Positions 20,119 to 29,095 of a DNA stretch of 64,000 nt are shown here, piece by piece. A program made the translations under genes and the position numbers. Under the pieces are notes generated by a model, which had not been told where the DNA came from, ran no database searches, and saw only the letters and a program-made list of their open reading frames with translations. Where the stretch lies: assembly GCA_022844165.1 (NCBI GenBank), contig JALHMH010000015.1, positions 40,529 to 104,528 of the forward strand, read 5' to 3'. The stretch's first letter is position 1. Each line of letters starts with the position of its first letter. This stretch comes from Lysobacterales bacterium (GTDB lineage: Bacteria; Pseudomonadota; Gammaproteobacteria; Xanthomonadales; SZUA-5).

Positions 20119-20949
20119 ATGAGCGATTCAAAGCCAGTATTCGTAGAAGTTGCGCCGAATGCCTTCGTTTTTCGCGAGGGCGACGTCGGAACCGATATGT
20201 ACATCATCGAAACCGGTACTGTCGAGGTGCTCCGCGAAGCGCGCGGCGGCGATCCGATCGCGGTGCTTGGCGCCGGGGACTTTTTCGGCGAGATGGCCAT
20301 CTTGGAAGACCAGCCGCGGTTCGCGGCTGTGCGCGCAACCTCTGCGGCGCGACTGTTGAAGGTCGATCGTGCCGCTTTCGCTGGCATGCTGCGCGACAAC
20401 TTCGAGATTGCCGTGCGCATCATGCGCAAGCTGGTGGCGCGGTTGCGCCGAACGGAAGAGCAGTTGCAACAAGCGCAAAATGAGCTGGATTTGTTGCGCC
20501 GCGGCGGGCCAGACAAGGCTGCGCCAGTGAAGCCGAGTCGCGATACAGTCAAGTCTGATGTCGCTAAACTATCGCCGACGCCCAGCAAACGCATTACCCC
20601 AATCGATCCGAACACGATCGGCAAACCCATCAAATTGGTTCATGCTCCAAGCGGCAGCGAGTTTGCGCTCGCGACGGGCAGGCAAGAGATGCTGATTGGT
20701 CGACCAGACCCGGTCACCGGATTGTTGCCAGAAATCAACCTTGGACCGTTGGACACTCAGCGCAGTCTGTCGCGGCGGCACGCTAAAATCATCAACGAAG
20801 CGGGCATATTTTTTCTGCGCGAAGAAGTCGGTACGACGAACGGTACTTTCGTCAACAACGAGCGTATTGCGACCGGGCAAGCGCGTCCTTTGGCACCAGG
20901 CGATCAGTTGCGCTTCGGTTCCGTCGAATTAGTCGTACAAGCGATTTGA
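20119..20949 (+). CDS. Cyclic-nucleotide-binding + coiled-coil + FHA domain protein
   Basis: VFREGD.G..MYII..G...GDFFGEMAIL..PR.A.VRA (cNMP domain); IGR...SRRHA...TNGTFVN (FHA). Confidence 0.9.
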   Translation: MSDSKPVFVEVAPNAFVFREGDVGTDMYIIETGTVEVLREARGGDPIAVLGAGDFFGEMAILEDQPRFAAVRATSAARLLKVDRAAFAGMLRDNFEIAVRIMRKLVARLRRTEEQLQQAQNELDLLRRGGPDKAAPVKPSRDTVKSDVAKLSPTPSKRITPIDPNTIGKPIKLVHAPSGSEFALATGRQEMLIGRPDPVTGLLPEINLGPLDTQRSLSRRHAKIINEAGIFFLREEVGTTNGTFVNNERIATGQARPLAPGDQLRFGSVELVVQAI

Positions 20950-20960
20950 GGAGGATGGAA

Positions 20961-21980
20961 ATGGCGCTGGATCTCGATAAACTCGATCTGTCGGCAGTCG
21001 ATTCACTAGTGACGCTCAAAGCCGAACAGGATCAGTTGGGCGAGCGCCTGAAAGCCATGGCGGCACGACGCGAGCAGGTATCGGCCGCTGTGTTTGCCCG
21101 CGTGCATGACGACTATCGGCAGCGCTTCGATGAGCTGGCGCAGCAGGCCACGCCTCTGAAGGTTGCCGCCGGCGTTGTCTATCGGGCATTGAAGGAAGAG
21201 CTTGAAAGCCTCGAAGCCGCCGTTGCGACAGCGGCGACGGATCGCGAAGAAATCGAGTTCCGCCACAGCCTTGGCGAATTCGACGCAGCGGGACTCAAAG
21301 AGCGGTTGGCGGTTGTCGAGAAGCGTTTGGGCGCGCAAGGCACCCGGCGCGAAGCTGCGATGGCTCTCAAAGCCCGCTTTCTGGCGGTCGTCAGCAGCGA
21401 AGCAGAACTCGATTGCGACGATGGCGACACGGCTCGCCTGACCGCGATGGCCGCGCCCGATGGTCATTCGGCGACGGTCATTGCAGTGCCGGTTGCGGCG
21501 CCTCAAGGCGACTACTCGGCGACCATTGTTGCGGCGCCCGTTGTTGCTCCGCCGCCGCCTCCTGCGGCGGTGGCAACGATGCCGAGCGTTACCCTGGCAG
21601 CCGGCGCACCCCCGGCGCAGACGCTGGCGTCTTCGGCGGCTGCTGGCAAGCCCCTTAAAGCACGCAATCCGGATGCAACCGTGGTGTTCCGTCAGGGCCG
21701 GCTGGAGCCGCGCAACGGCGATGCTGGTTCAGTTGTGCAGACCTTGGGTCTAAAGCCAGTTAGCATCGGCGCGGATGGCGCTTGCGATGTACAGTTGGCC
21801 GTTGCTGGCGTCAGCAAAAAGCACGTTGAGATCAGCATGACGCGCGCCGGTTTTCAAGTGCGCGATGTAGCGGGTTCCAAGATTGTGAAAGTCAACGGTG
21901 AGACGATCAGCGAGAAGGTACTCGTTGACGGCGACACTCTCAGCGTGGGTTCCGCACAGTTCGGCTTCCGCTTGATGTAG
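20961..21980 (+). CDS. Coiled-coil + Pro/Ala linker + FHA-like domain protein
   Basis: GAGGAGG RBS; helical N-terminus with RHSLGEF; C-terminal SIG...CDVQL...VSKKH...VNG...L.DGD.L.VG. Confidence 0.82.
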   Translation: MALDLDKLDLSAVDSLVTLKAEQDQLGERLKAMAARREQVSAAVFARVHDDYRQRFDELAQQATPLKVAAGVVYRALKEELESLEAAVATAATDREEIEFRHSLGEFDAAGLKERLAVVEKRLGAQGTRREAAMALKARFLAVVSSEAELDCDDGDTARLTAMAAPDGHSATVIAVPVAAPQGDYSATIVAAPVVAPPPPPAAVATMPSVTLAAGAPPAQTLASSAAAGKPLKARNPDATVVFRQGRLEPRNGDAGSVVQTLGLKPVSIGADGACDVQLAVAGVSKKHVEISMTRAGFQVRDVAGSKIVKVNGETISEKVLVDGDTLSVGSAQFGFRLM

Positions 21981-22015
21981 CGTTGCGGCCTGGAATTCGA
22001 TCCTCAGAGGACATC

Positions 22016-22558
22016 ATGGCGCTTGAGATAGGCAACGAAACGATCAGCGACTTTAGAGTGTTGCGGTTGAAGGGCCGACTCGATACCGAGACCAGTGCTG
22101 ACTTCGAATTGGCCGCGCATGATCTTACCGAGGCTGGCGACAAGCGCTTTATCGTGGATCTGTCGGAGATCAGCTACGTCAGTTCCGCCGGATTGCGCGT
22201 GCTGTTGGCGCTCGCGAAACAGACGGACGACACCTCAGGTGGTGTGTTGCGGTTATCTGGAATGAGCAGCACGGTCAGGCAAGTATTTGATCTTTCGGGT
22301 TTTTCGAAACTCTTTCACATCGCTCCCGATCTGGATGCGGCGCTTCGCGGCGATGTTGCGGCGGCCACACCGTCGTCGCCGTCAGCAAAGGTCTCACGCA
22401 CCGCAGCCGACTTGCTCGGCGCCAGCGGCGGCGGTCCATCCAGACCCGCGCCGCGGTCGGCCGACGTAGGCCGCCAGGCAGGTAGTCTGCTAGGGGCGCC
22501 TGCTGCTCCAAAGCGCAGCCTGTGGGCGCGAATTTTGGGTTGGTTCAAGGGCCAGTAG
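22016..22558 (+). CDS. STAS-domain anti-sigma factor antagonist with C-terminal extension
   Basis: L.GRLD, DLSEISYVSSAGLRVLL, V..VF..SG. Confidence 0.9.
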   Translation: MALEIGNETISDFRVLRLKGRLDTETSADFELAAHDLTEAGDKRFIVDLSEISYVSSAGLRVLLALAKQTDDTSGGVLRLSGMSSTVRQVFDLSGFSKLFHIAPDLDAALRGDVAAATPSSPSAKVSRTAADLLGASGGGPSRPAPRSADVGRQAGSLLGAPAAPKRSLWARILGWFKGQ

Positions 22559-22579
22559 CCCGGATCTTTTTGACTATCG

Positions 22580-22611
22580 ACCAGCAGGCAGTTGAGACGC
22601 TGCCTGCTGGT
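22580..22611. terminator. 12 bp stem-loop after the STAS gene
   Basis: ACCAGCAGGCAG-8nt-CTGCCTGCTGGT perfect stem; no clear U-tract. Confidence 0.45.
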
Positions 22612-22715
22612 GCGAAGCAGGGATGGTTCGCTCATGGATCGAGCACGCATGTGGTTGATCCATAGAGAGAGCGAGTACCGACACGCGTTTTTCAACAACT
22701 TTTCAGGAGAAGTTT

Positions 22716-23195
22716 ATGGCGATTCAAGTCGGCGACCGTTTGCCCTCAGGCACGCTTGCTTATCTCAAAGACGGCGTGCAACACATCAGCACCGATGACT
22801 TGTTTGCCGGCAAGATGGTCGTGATGTTCGCCGTCCCCGGAGCTTTCACGCCCACTTGTTCGGCCCGGCATTTGCCCGGCTATGTCGACAAACTGGAGGA
22901 ACTCAAAGCCAAGGGCGTCGATTCAATCGTATGCCTCTCGGTCAACGATGCCTTCGTGATGGATGCGTGGCGCAAGAGTCAGTCTATTCCTGACGATGTG
23001 CAAATGTTTGCGGATGGCAATGCTGTTTACGCCAAGGCGCTGGGCCTGGAGCTCGATGCCAGTAAATTTGGCATGGGTACTCGTAGCCAGCGCTTTGCGC
23101 TGGTCGCTAAAGATGGCGTTGTGACGCAAATGTTCGTTGAGGCGCCGGGCGAGTTCAAGGTGTCGAGCGCCGAGCATGTATTGAGCGCACTCTAA
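22716..23195 (+). CDS. Peroxiredoxin (Prx5-type)
   Basis: PGAFTPTCS, SVNDAFVM.AW, RSQR. Confidence 0.95.
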   Translation: MAIQVGDRLPSGTLAYLKDGVQHISTDDLFAGKMVVMFAVPGAFTPTCSARHLPGYVDKLEELKAKGVDSIVCLSVNDAFVMDAWRKSQSIPDDVQMFADGNAVYAKALGLELDASKFGMGTRSQRFALVAKDGVVTQMFVEAPGEFKVSSAEHVLSAL

Positions 23196-23198
23196 CCC

Positions 23199-24176
23199 AT
23201 GCACGCGGTCGCGCTGAAGCGATTTCCGGTGGGCGTGCCGTGTGCGGAAGATTTTGTCATTGTCGCAAACGATGTGCCGTCCGGCGACGCAGGTGCGCGG
23301 CTCCGTGTGCGTTACTTGTCGCTCGATCCTTACCTGCGTGGCGTCATGAGTGGTCGCCACATGGGTCACTCCATGGCGCTCGGCGATGTCGTGCCGGGTG
23401 GTGGCGTTGCGGAAGTGATCGACTCGACAACGCCAGAGTTCGTTCGAGGTGAGTTTGTACAAGGCGAGACGGGCTGGCGCGAGGAAGCCTTCTTGCCAGC
23501 GGATCGGCTGCGTAAGTTGCCGCCCGATGTCCCGCCGAGTACCGCGCTGGGAGTGCTCGGAATGCCGGGGCTGACGGCCTTTGCGGGCGTGAGGGACATT
23601 TTGCAGCCACGCGAAGGCGAGACGGTGGTGGTCTCGGCTGCGTTAGGGCCTGTCGGAAGCACTGCAGCTCAGCTGGCGCAGCGCGCTGGCGCACGCGTGG
23701 TCGGGATCGCAGGCGGTGCGAAGAAGTGTGCGATGGCTCTTAAGTTCCTGGGTTACGATGCCTGCGTCGACTATCACCGCGACGACTTTGGTCCAGCGCT
23801 CCAGCTCGCTTGTCCGAATCGCATCGATTGTTACTTCGACAATGTCGGCGGACGTGTGCTGGAAACAGTGCTTCAGCATCTAAACCTTCGCGCTCGAGTG
23901 GTACTGTGCGGATTGATGGATCAATACAATAAGTCGGAACGGCCACCGGGCCCGAATCTGGGTCCGGTCATTGCGGCGCGAGCAACGCTGACCGGGCTCG
24001 TGGTCTACGATCACTTCGCACGGCTTCCGGCCATGCTGGACGAACTCGTGCCGTTGGTACGAAGTGGTCGACTCAAATACCTCGAAGACGTTGCATACGG
24101 CATTCAGGCCACGCCGGATGCATTTGCCAGGTTGATGCGTGGCGAGAATATTGGCAAGGCCATCGTAGCGCTGTAA
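23199..24176 (+). CDS. NADP-dependent oxidoreductase (CurA/prostaglandin reductase-like)
   Basis: YLSLDPY.RG, LGVLGMPGLTA, YFDNVGG, GENIGK. Confidence 0.93.
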   Translation: MHAVALKRFPVGVPCAEDFVIVANDVPSGDAGARLRVRYLSLDPYLRGVMSGRHMGHSMALGDVVPGGGVAEVIDSTTPEFVRGEFVQGETGWREEAFLPADRLRKLPPDVPPSTALGVLGMPGLTAFAGVRDILQPREGETVVVSAALGPVGSTAAQLAQRAGARVVGIAGGAKKCAMALKFLGYDACVDYHRDDFGPALQLACPNRIDCYFDNVGGRVLETVLQHLNLRARVVLCGLMDQYNKSERPPGPNLGPVIAARATLTGLVVYDHFARLPAMLDELVPLVRSGRLKYLEDVAYGIQATPDAFARLMRGENIGKAIVAL

Positions 24177-24213
24177 GCCGGGTTTGTTGGCGATGCAGAC
24201 ACCAGAGTCCATA

Positions 24214-24439
24214 ACGGAGCCGGATCTGTACATTTGAGTCAAGTTTTCTGCGGAGCGGCTTTGGCTTTTGCGGCCCCTTGAGTCAAGGGGTGAGACTCGG
24301 CGCTGACTCGCCACAGGCGTGTGCCGAGTCGAACGCCCGGCGGCTGCGCCGCTGGGCCGGAAACGCGAAGCGCGGGGTTGTGGCGAGTACGCTGACGAAC
24401 GAAGCCAGCAATGCTCGGCGGTCTGAGGCGAAGCCTCGC
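24214..24439 (+). repeat. ~226 bp hairpin-rich dispersed repeat, copy 1
   Basis: Nearly identical to the reverse complement of 54847-55073. Confidence 0.9.
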
Positions 24440-24631
24440 CAGAACTATCCTCAGTGGGAATCGGGTGCCATGGTGGTTGGGTAGAGCAACGAAGCTCCGG
24501 CCAGCGAAGCTCTTGCACAAAAGCGACCGGGAACGGGCAAGTACCTGTATTCGAATAAACACTCCTTTCAAGCTGGCGATGGCCCGCCTATGCTGCGGCG
24601 CGTCAAGCTGGCTTTCACAAGGAAGATTGCG

Positions 24632-25714
24632 GTGAGTCGAGCGTTCAATTTCAGCGCAGGTCCAGGCGCGTTGCCGAAACCGGTTTTGCAGCAGGCCCAG
24701 AGCGAAATGCTCGAGTGGCAGGGCGCTCGCGCCTCGGTGATGGAGATTTCCCACCGCGATAAGCTTTTTGTGCAGTTGGCCGAACGCGCCGAGGCTTCGT
24801 TGCGCGACATTTTGGGCATACCAGCCAACTACAAGGTGCTGTTCCTGCAGGGCGGAGCAACCACGCAATTTGCGCTGCTGCCGATGAACTTTGCGGCGCC
24901 CGATCAAGCCGCTGACTACGTGCTGACTGGCCATTGGGGCGAAAAGGCGCAGAAAGAAGCCAAAGCGGTGTGCGTATCGAAGATTGCCGCCACGAGCGAG
25001 GCGAGCAACTACACCACCGTCGCGCCGGTCAGCGACTGGAGCTTGAGCGCAAACGCAGCGTACTTGCACGTGACGCCCAATGAGACCATTCACGGTGTCG
25101 AGTACTACGATTTGCCGGCACAGAGCGCGCCGGTGATCGCGGATGTGTCGAGCACGCTGCTGTCGCGTCCGCTCGACGTCTCGCGATACGGCGTACTGTA
25201 TGCCGGGGCGCAAAAAAATATCGGCCCGTCCGGTATCACGGTGCTGATTGTTCGCGACGATCTGCTGGAGCGCAAGCCGCGCGTCGTGCCGCAGATCCTC
25301 AGCTACAAGGCGCACGCCGACAACGCCTCGATGTTGAATACGCCGCCGACCTTCGCCTGGTACATCTCCGCGCTGGTGTTCGACTGGGTCAAGGCCGAGG
25401 GCGGTTTGAGCGCCATCGGCGCGCGCAACGAGCGCAAAGCACAAACGCTGTATCAGTTGATCGACGGCTCCGGCGGCTTCTATACGAATCCCGTCGATGC
25501 GCGCTATCGCTCCTGGATGAACGTGCCGTTCGTGCTTAAAGACAGCAGTCTGGACGCCGCATTCCTGAAGGGCGCCGAAGCGAAGGGGTTGCTCGGACTC
25601 AAGGGTCACCGCGCCGTTGGTGGAATGCGCGCCAGTATCTACAACGCGGTACCCGAAGCCGGCGTGCAAGCGTTGGCTGGATACATGCGTGAATTCATGC
25701 GGGTGAATGGTTAG
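24632..25714 (+). CDS. serC: Phosphoserine aminotransferase
   Basis: FNFSAGP, AGAQKNIGP, NTPP, GHRAVGGMRASIYN. Confidence 0.97.
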   Translation: MSRAFNFSAGPGALPKPVLQQAQSEMLEWQGARASVMEISHRDKLFVQLAERAEASLRDILGIPANYKVLFLQGGATTQFALLPMNFAAPDQAADYVLTGHWGEKAQKEAKAVCVSKIAATSEASNYTTVAPVSDWSLSANAAYLHVTPNETIHGVEYYDLPAQSAPVIADVSSTLLSRPLDVSRYGVLYAGAQKNIGPSGITVLIVRDDLLERKPRVVPQILSYKAHADNASMLNTPPTFAWYISALVFDWVKAEGGLSAIGARNERKAQTLYQLIDGSGGFYTNPVDARYRSWMNVPFVLKDSSLDAAFLKGAEAKGLLGLKGHRAVGGMRASIYNAVPEAGVQALAGYMREFMRVNG

Positions 25715-25891
25715 AAACGTGGGGCGATAGGCGCTGGCACAGGCGCGGGACAGGCTCCGGTCAGCGACAGTCAAAACGCCTATATCTGCCCGATCAGCGT
25801 TTCCAGATGCGAAGCCGAGATTTCCGACACTTGCCTCGCGCCAATCGAGTTTATGTAGCGAAAAACTTCTCAAGCGAATTCAGCCTCTGCC

Positions 25892-27055
25892 ATGCTCAAG
25901 ATCAAGACCTACAATAAAATTTCCACCAGCGGCACCTCGCGTTTGCCGGCGCAGCGTTATGAGATCGGCGACAAAGTCGATGCGCCAGACGCAATTCTGG
26001 TGCGTTCGGCGGACTTGCATACCATTGCGATCAATCCTGAGCTCAAGGCCGTCGCACGCGCCGGGGCAGGCACGAACAACGTGCCGGTGGTCGAGCTCAG
26101 CAAACGCGGCATTGTTGTGTTCAATGCACCGGGCGCCAATGCGAACGCAGTAAAGGAACTGGTTCTCGCAGGCATGCTGATGGCGGTGCGCAATCTGCGC
26201 GAAGCCACGGAATTCGTGCGTGGCCTCGATGCCAACGATCCAGAACTTGAGCACAAGGTCGAGGACGGCAAGAAGCGCTTCGTCGGCAGCGAGGTCGTGG
26301 GCCGCACACTCGGCGTCGTTGGCCTGGGTGCAATCGGTGTGCGCGTGGCGAACGCTGCCAAGGGCATCGGCATGAACGTGATCGGCTTCGATCCGCACAT
26401 GACCGTCGATGGCGCCTGGCAGTTGTCGAGCGATGTGGCCAAGGCCGGTAGTTTGAGCGAGATCCTGGCAGCCTCGGATTTCGTTTCGCTGCACTTGCCG
26501 CTCAATGCCGGCACCAAAGGCAGCATCAATGCGACCACCCTGGGTGGCGCCAAACAAGGGCTTGTGCTGTTGAACTTCGCGCGCGAAGGCGTCGTCGATG
26601 AGGACGCCGTGATCGCCGCGTTGGACAGCGGGCATCTGTCGCACTACGTGACCGATTTCCCGACGTCGCGCACGGTGGCGCACGGCAAGGTCGTGTCGTT
26701 CCCGCACTTGGGCGCATCAACCAACGAGGCTGAGGAGAACTGCGCGATCATGGTCGCCGATCAGCTGCGCGACTATTTGGAAAACGGCAACGTCAACAAT
26801 TCGGTGAATTTCCCGAGCATGCGCCTGGCGCGTGCCGGTGCGCAGCGCCTGACAGTGGCCAACCGCAATGTCCCGAACATGATCGGTCAACTTTCGCACG
26901 TTCTCGGCGAGGCCGGCGCCAACATCGCGCAGATGCTCAACGCTTCGCGCGGCGAACTGGCCTACAACATCCTCGATCTCGATCAGCCGATCGGTGCGGA
27001 TGTAGTGGAAAAGGTCAAGGGTATCGATGGGATTTTGGCGGTGCGGGTGATTTGA
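25892..27055 (+). CDS. serA: D-3-phosphoglycerate dehydrogenase with ACT domain
   Basis: RAGAG.NN, GLGAIG, PHLGAST.EA, C-terminal ACT (NVPNMI). Confidence 0.93.
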   Translation: MLKIKTYNKISTSGTSRLPAQRYEIGDKVDAPDAILVRSADLHTIAINPELKAVARAGAGTNNVPVVELSKRGIVVFNAPGANANAVKELVLAGMLMAVRNLREATEFVRGLDANDPELEHKVEDGKKRFVGSEVVGRTLGVVGLGAIGVRVANAAKGIGMNVIGFDPHMTVDGAWQLSSDVAKAGSLSEILAASDFVSLHLPLNAGTKGSINATTLGGAKQGLVLLNFAREGVVDEDAVIAALDSGHLSHYVTDFPTSRTVAHGKVVSFPHLGASTNEAEENCAIMVADQLRDYLENGNVNNSVNFPSMRLARAGAQRLTVANRNVPNMIGQLSHVLGEAGANIAQMLNASRGELAYNILDLDQPIGADVVEKVKGIDGILAVRVI

Positions 27056-27130
27056 AGCTGTTTTCGACGCAATACCATCCCGACGTGAGTTTAGATCGCT
27101 CTTGAGCAATTCCGGTTTCTGTCTGGTAGT

Positions 27131-27155
27131 GTGTAAGAAACGGAGATTCGTACAC
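27131..27155 (+). promoter_or_regulatory. Putative vapBC autoregulatory operator
   Basis: Inverted repeat GTGTAAGAA-7nt-TTCGTACAC (1 mismatch) directly before the vapB ATG, flanking the GGAG RBS. Confidence 0.5.
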
Positions 27156-27350
27156 ATGAGAACCAACATCGACATCGATGATGAACTGATGGAAGAAGCG
27201 ATGCGTCGAACAGGCGCTTCTACCAAGAAGGCGGCGGTTGAGATGGGGCTGCGGATGCTCTTGCAGGTCAGTCGACAACTCGATATCCGGAAACTTCGCG
27301 GGCAGGTTCAGTGGCAAGGCGATCTTGAGAAAATGAGGCTTGATCATTGA
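27156..27350 (+). CDS. vapB: Type II TA antitoxin, VapB family
   Basis: MRTNIDIDDELM..A......TKK..V...L; overlaps the PIN gene. Confidence 0.92.
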   Translation: MRTNIDIDDELMEEAMRRTGASTKKAAVEMGLRMLLQVSRQLDIRKLRGQVQWQGDLEKMRLDH

Positions 27351-27742
27351 TCTTGGTCGATAGCAGTGTCTGGATCGATTACTTGCGTGGCAACGCCACG
27401 GCGCCAGTGGAGAAGCTCGAATCTCTGCTGGGGATTGCGCCGCTCGCTGTTGGTGATCTCATTCTTGCGGAGGTCTTGCAGGGATGCGGGAGCGAGAAAG
27501 AGTTCGACAGTGTTCGAACGTTGCTGTTTGGACTGGTTGTTGTGGACTTATGTGGTGCGGAACTTGCTGTCCAAAGCGCTCGGCATTTCCGGACGCTACG
27601 GCAGCACGGCATTACAGTCCGCAAGACCATCGATTGCATCATCGCCACGCGTTGTGTCGTCGACGACTTGGAGTTGCTTCACGATGATCGCGACTTCGAT
27701 GCTTACGAAAAGCACTTAGGTTTGCGCTGCGTAGCATGTTGA
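27347..27742 (+). CDS. vapC: Type II TA toxin, VapC PIN ribonuclease
   Basis: ILVDSSVWID, E.LQG, TIDC.IA, LLHDDRDFD. Confidence 0.94.
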   Translation: MILVDSSVWIDYLRGNATAPVEKLESLLGIAPLAVGDLILAEVLQGCGSEKEFDSVRTLLFGLVVVDLCGAELAVQSARHFRTLRQHGITVRKTIDCIIATRCVVDDLELLHDDRDFDAYEKHLGLRCVAC

Positions 27743-27761
27743 ACTGAAAGCGAGGCCGACG

Positions 27762-28865
27762 GTGGCGAAAAAAACTGATCCAGACGTCAGGCTCAGCCTC
27801 CCGGACCTCCGCCAGCGCATCGACGCTGTCGATCGGCAAATCCAGGAGCTGATCGCTGAGCGCGCGGGTTACGCGCGGCAGGTAGGCGTCGCCAAAGGGC
27901 CGCTCAAAGCCGCGATCGACTACTACAAACCGGAGCGTGAGGCGCAGGTGTTGCGCGGTGTGGTCGATCGCAACCAGGGTCCGCTGTCGAACGAAGAGCT
28001 GCACCGCGTGTTTCGCGAGATCATGTCGGCGTGTCTGGCGCAGCAGAATCCGCTGAAGATCGCGTACCTCGGACCTGAGGGTACTTTCAGTCAGACCGCG
28101 GTGCAAAAGCACTTTGGGCATTCGGTGATCGCCATACCGATGGCGAGCATCGAGGAAGTCTTCGCCGAAGTGGAATCGAGCGACGCCGATTTTGGTGTGG
28201 TGCCGGTGGAAAACTCCACCGAGGGCGCCGTGCATCACACCTTCGATATGTTCTACACCACGCCACTGAAAATCTGCGGCGAAATCGAGCTGCGCGTGCA
28301 TCAAAACCTGATGTCGCGGGCGACGGATCTGGCGCACATCGAACGCGTGTACTCGCACGCGCAGTCCTTGGCGCAGTGCAAGGGTTGGTTGCGCCGGCAT
28401 CTGCCGAAGGCAGAGCGCATCCCGGTCAGCAGCAATGCCGAAGCGGCGCGGCGCGCGCGCAATGCCGACGATGCAGCGGCGATTGCCGGCTTGGCCGCGG
28501 CGCAGGTGTATGGCCTCAAGATTCTGGCGCCGAACATTGAGGATCGGCCAGACAACACGACGCGCTTCTTTGTGCTTGGGCGCGAGCTGTTTCCGCCCTC
28601 GGGCCACGACAAGACTTCGCTGCTGCTGGCCGTCAAGGATCAGCCCGGCGCACTGTATTCGCTGCTGACGCCGCTCGCCAAACATGGCATCAGCATGACG
28701 CGTATCGAATCGCGCCCGGCGCGCGGCGCGAAGTGGGAGTACGTATTTTTCGTCGACGTCGAGGGCCATGTCGATTCCGGCGCGCTGAAAGCAGCGCTGA
28801 ACGATCTGGGTCCCGTGGCGGCGCAGTTGAAAGTGCTGGGGGCGTATCCGGCGGCGATCGTATGA
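27762..28865 (+). CDS. pheA: Chorismate mutase / prephenate dehydratase
   Basis: LRQRIDAVD CM domain; YLGPEGTFS, PVENSTEG, NTTRF, ESRP. Confidence 0.97.
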   Translation: MAKKTDPDVRLSLPDLRQRIDAVDRQIQELIAERAGYARQVGVAKGPLKAAIDYYKPEREAQVLRGVVDRNQGPLSNEELHRVFREIMSACLAQQNPLKIAYLGPEGTFSQTAVQKHFGHSVIAIPMASIEEVFAEVESSDADFGVVPVENSTEGAVHHTFDMFYTTPLKICGEIELRVHQNLMSRATDLAHIERVYSHAQSLAQCKGWLRRHLPKAERIPVSSNAEAARRARNADDAAAIAGLAAAQVYGLKILAPNIEDRPDNTTRFFVLGRELFPPSGHDKTSLLLAVKDQPGALYSLLTPLAKHGISMTRIESRPARGAKWEYVFFVDVEGHVDSGALKAALNDLGPVAAQLKVLGAYPAAIV

Positions 28866-29095
28866 ATGCCGCGCATTTCACAGCGGCTATGTTCCGTGAT
28901 GGTCGCTGGTGGTACGGTTGGGTTAGCGAGGTGCCGGGCGTCAATTGTCAGGAGCAGTCGAAGAAAAAGCGGATCGAATCAATGCGCTCGGTGCCGGCCC
29001 AGGCCCTTGAGTTTTGTTCGATTGACGGCCAGCTTTCCATCCTCACCCAAGCCACTCCCGTCCGAGTGGGAACAGACGTCGCTCTTAGAACATGA
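28862..29095 (+). pseudogene. Degenerate HicB-family antitoxin remnant
   Basis: FTA....DGRWWYGWVSEVPGVNCQE...ALEF matches the HicB-like N-terminal pattern; no hicA partner present. Confidence 0.65.

Noticed and set aside
24214-24439. Group II intron or IS remnant as the explanation for the 226 bp repeat
   Set aside because: No recognisable domain V/VI sequence, reverse transcriptase or transposase fragment, or terminal inverted repeats.
24239-25873. Long antisense ORFs (e.g. 24239-25873, 3153-4439, 28948-30228, 33168-34574, 42647-44032)
   Set aside because: They shadow well-supported genes on the other strand, as expected in GC-rich DNA, and have no recognisable motifs.
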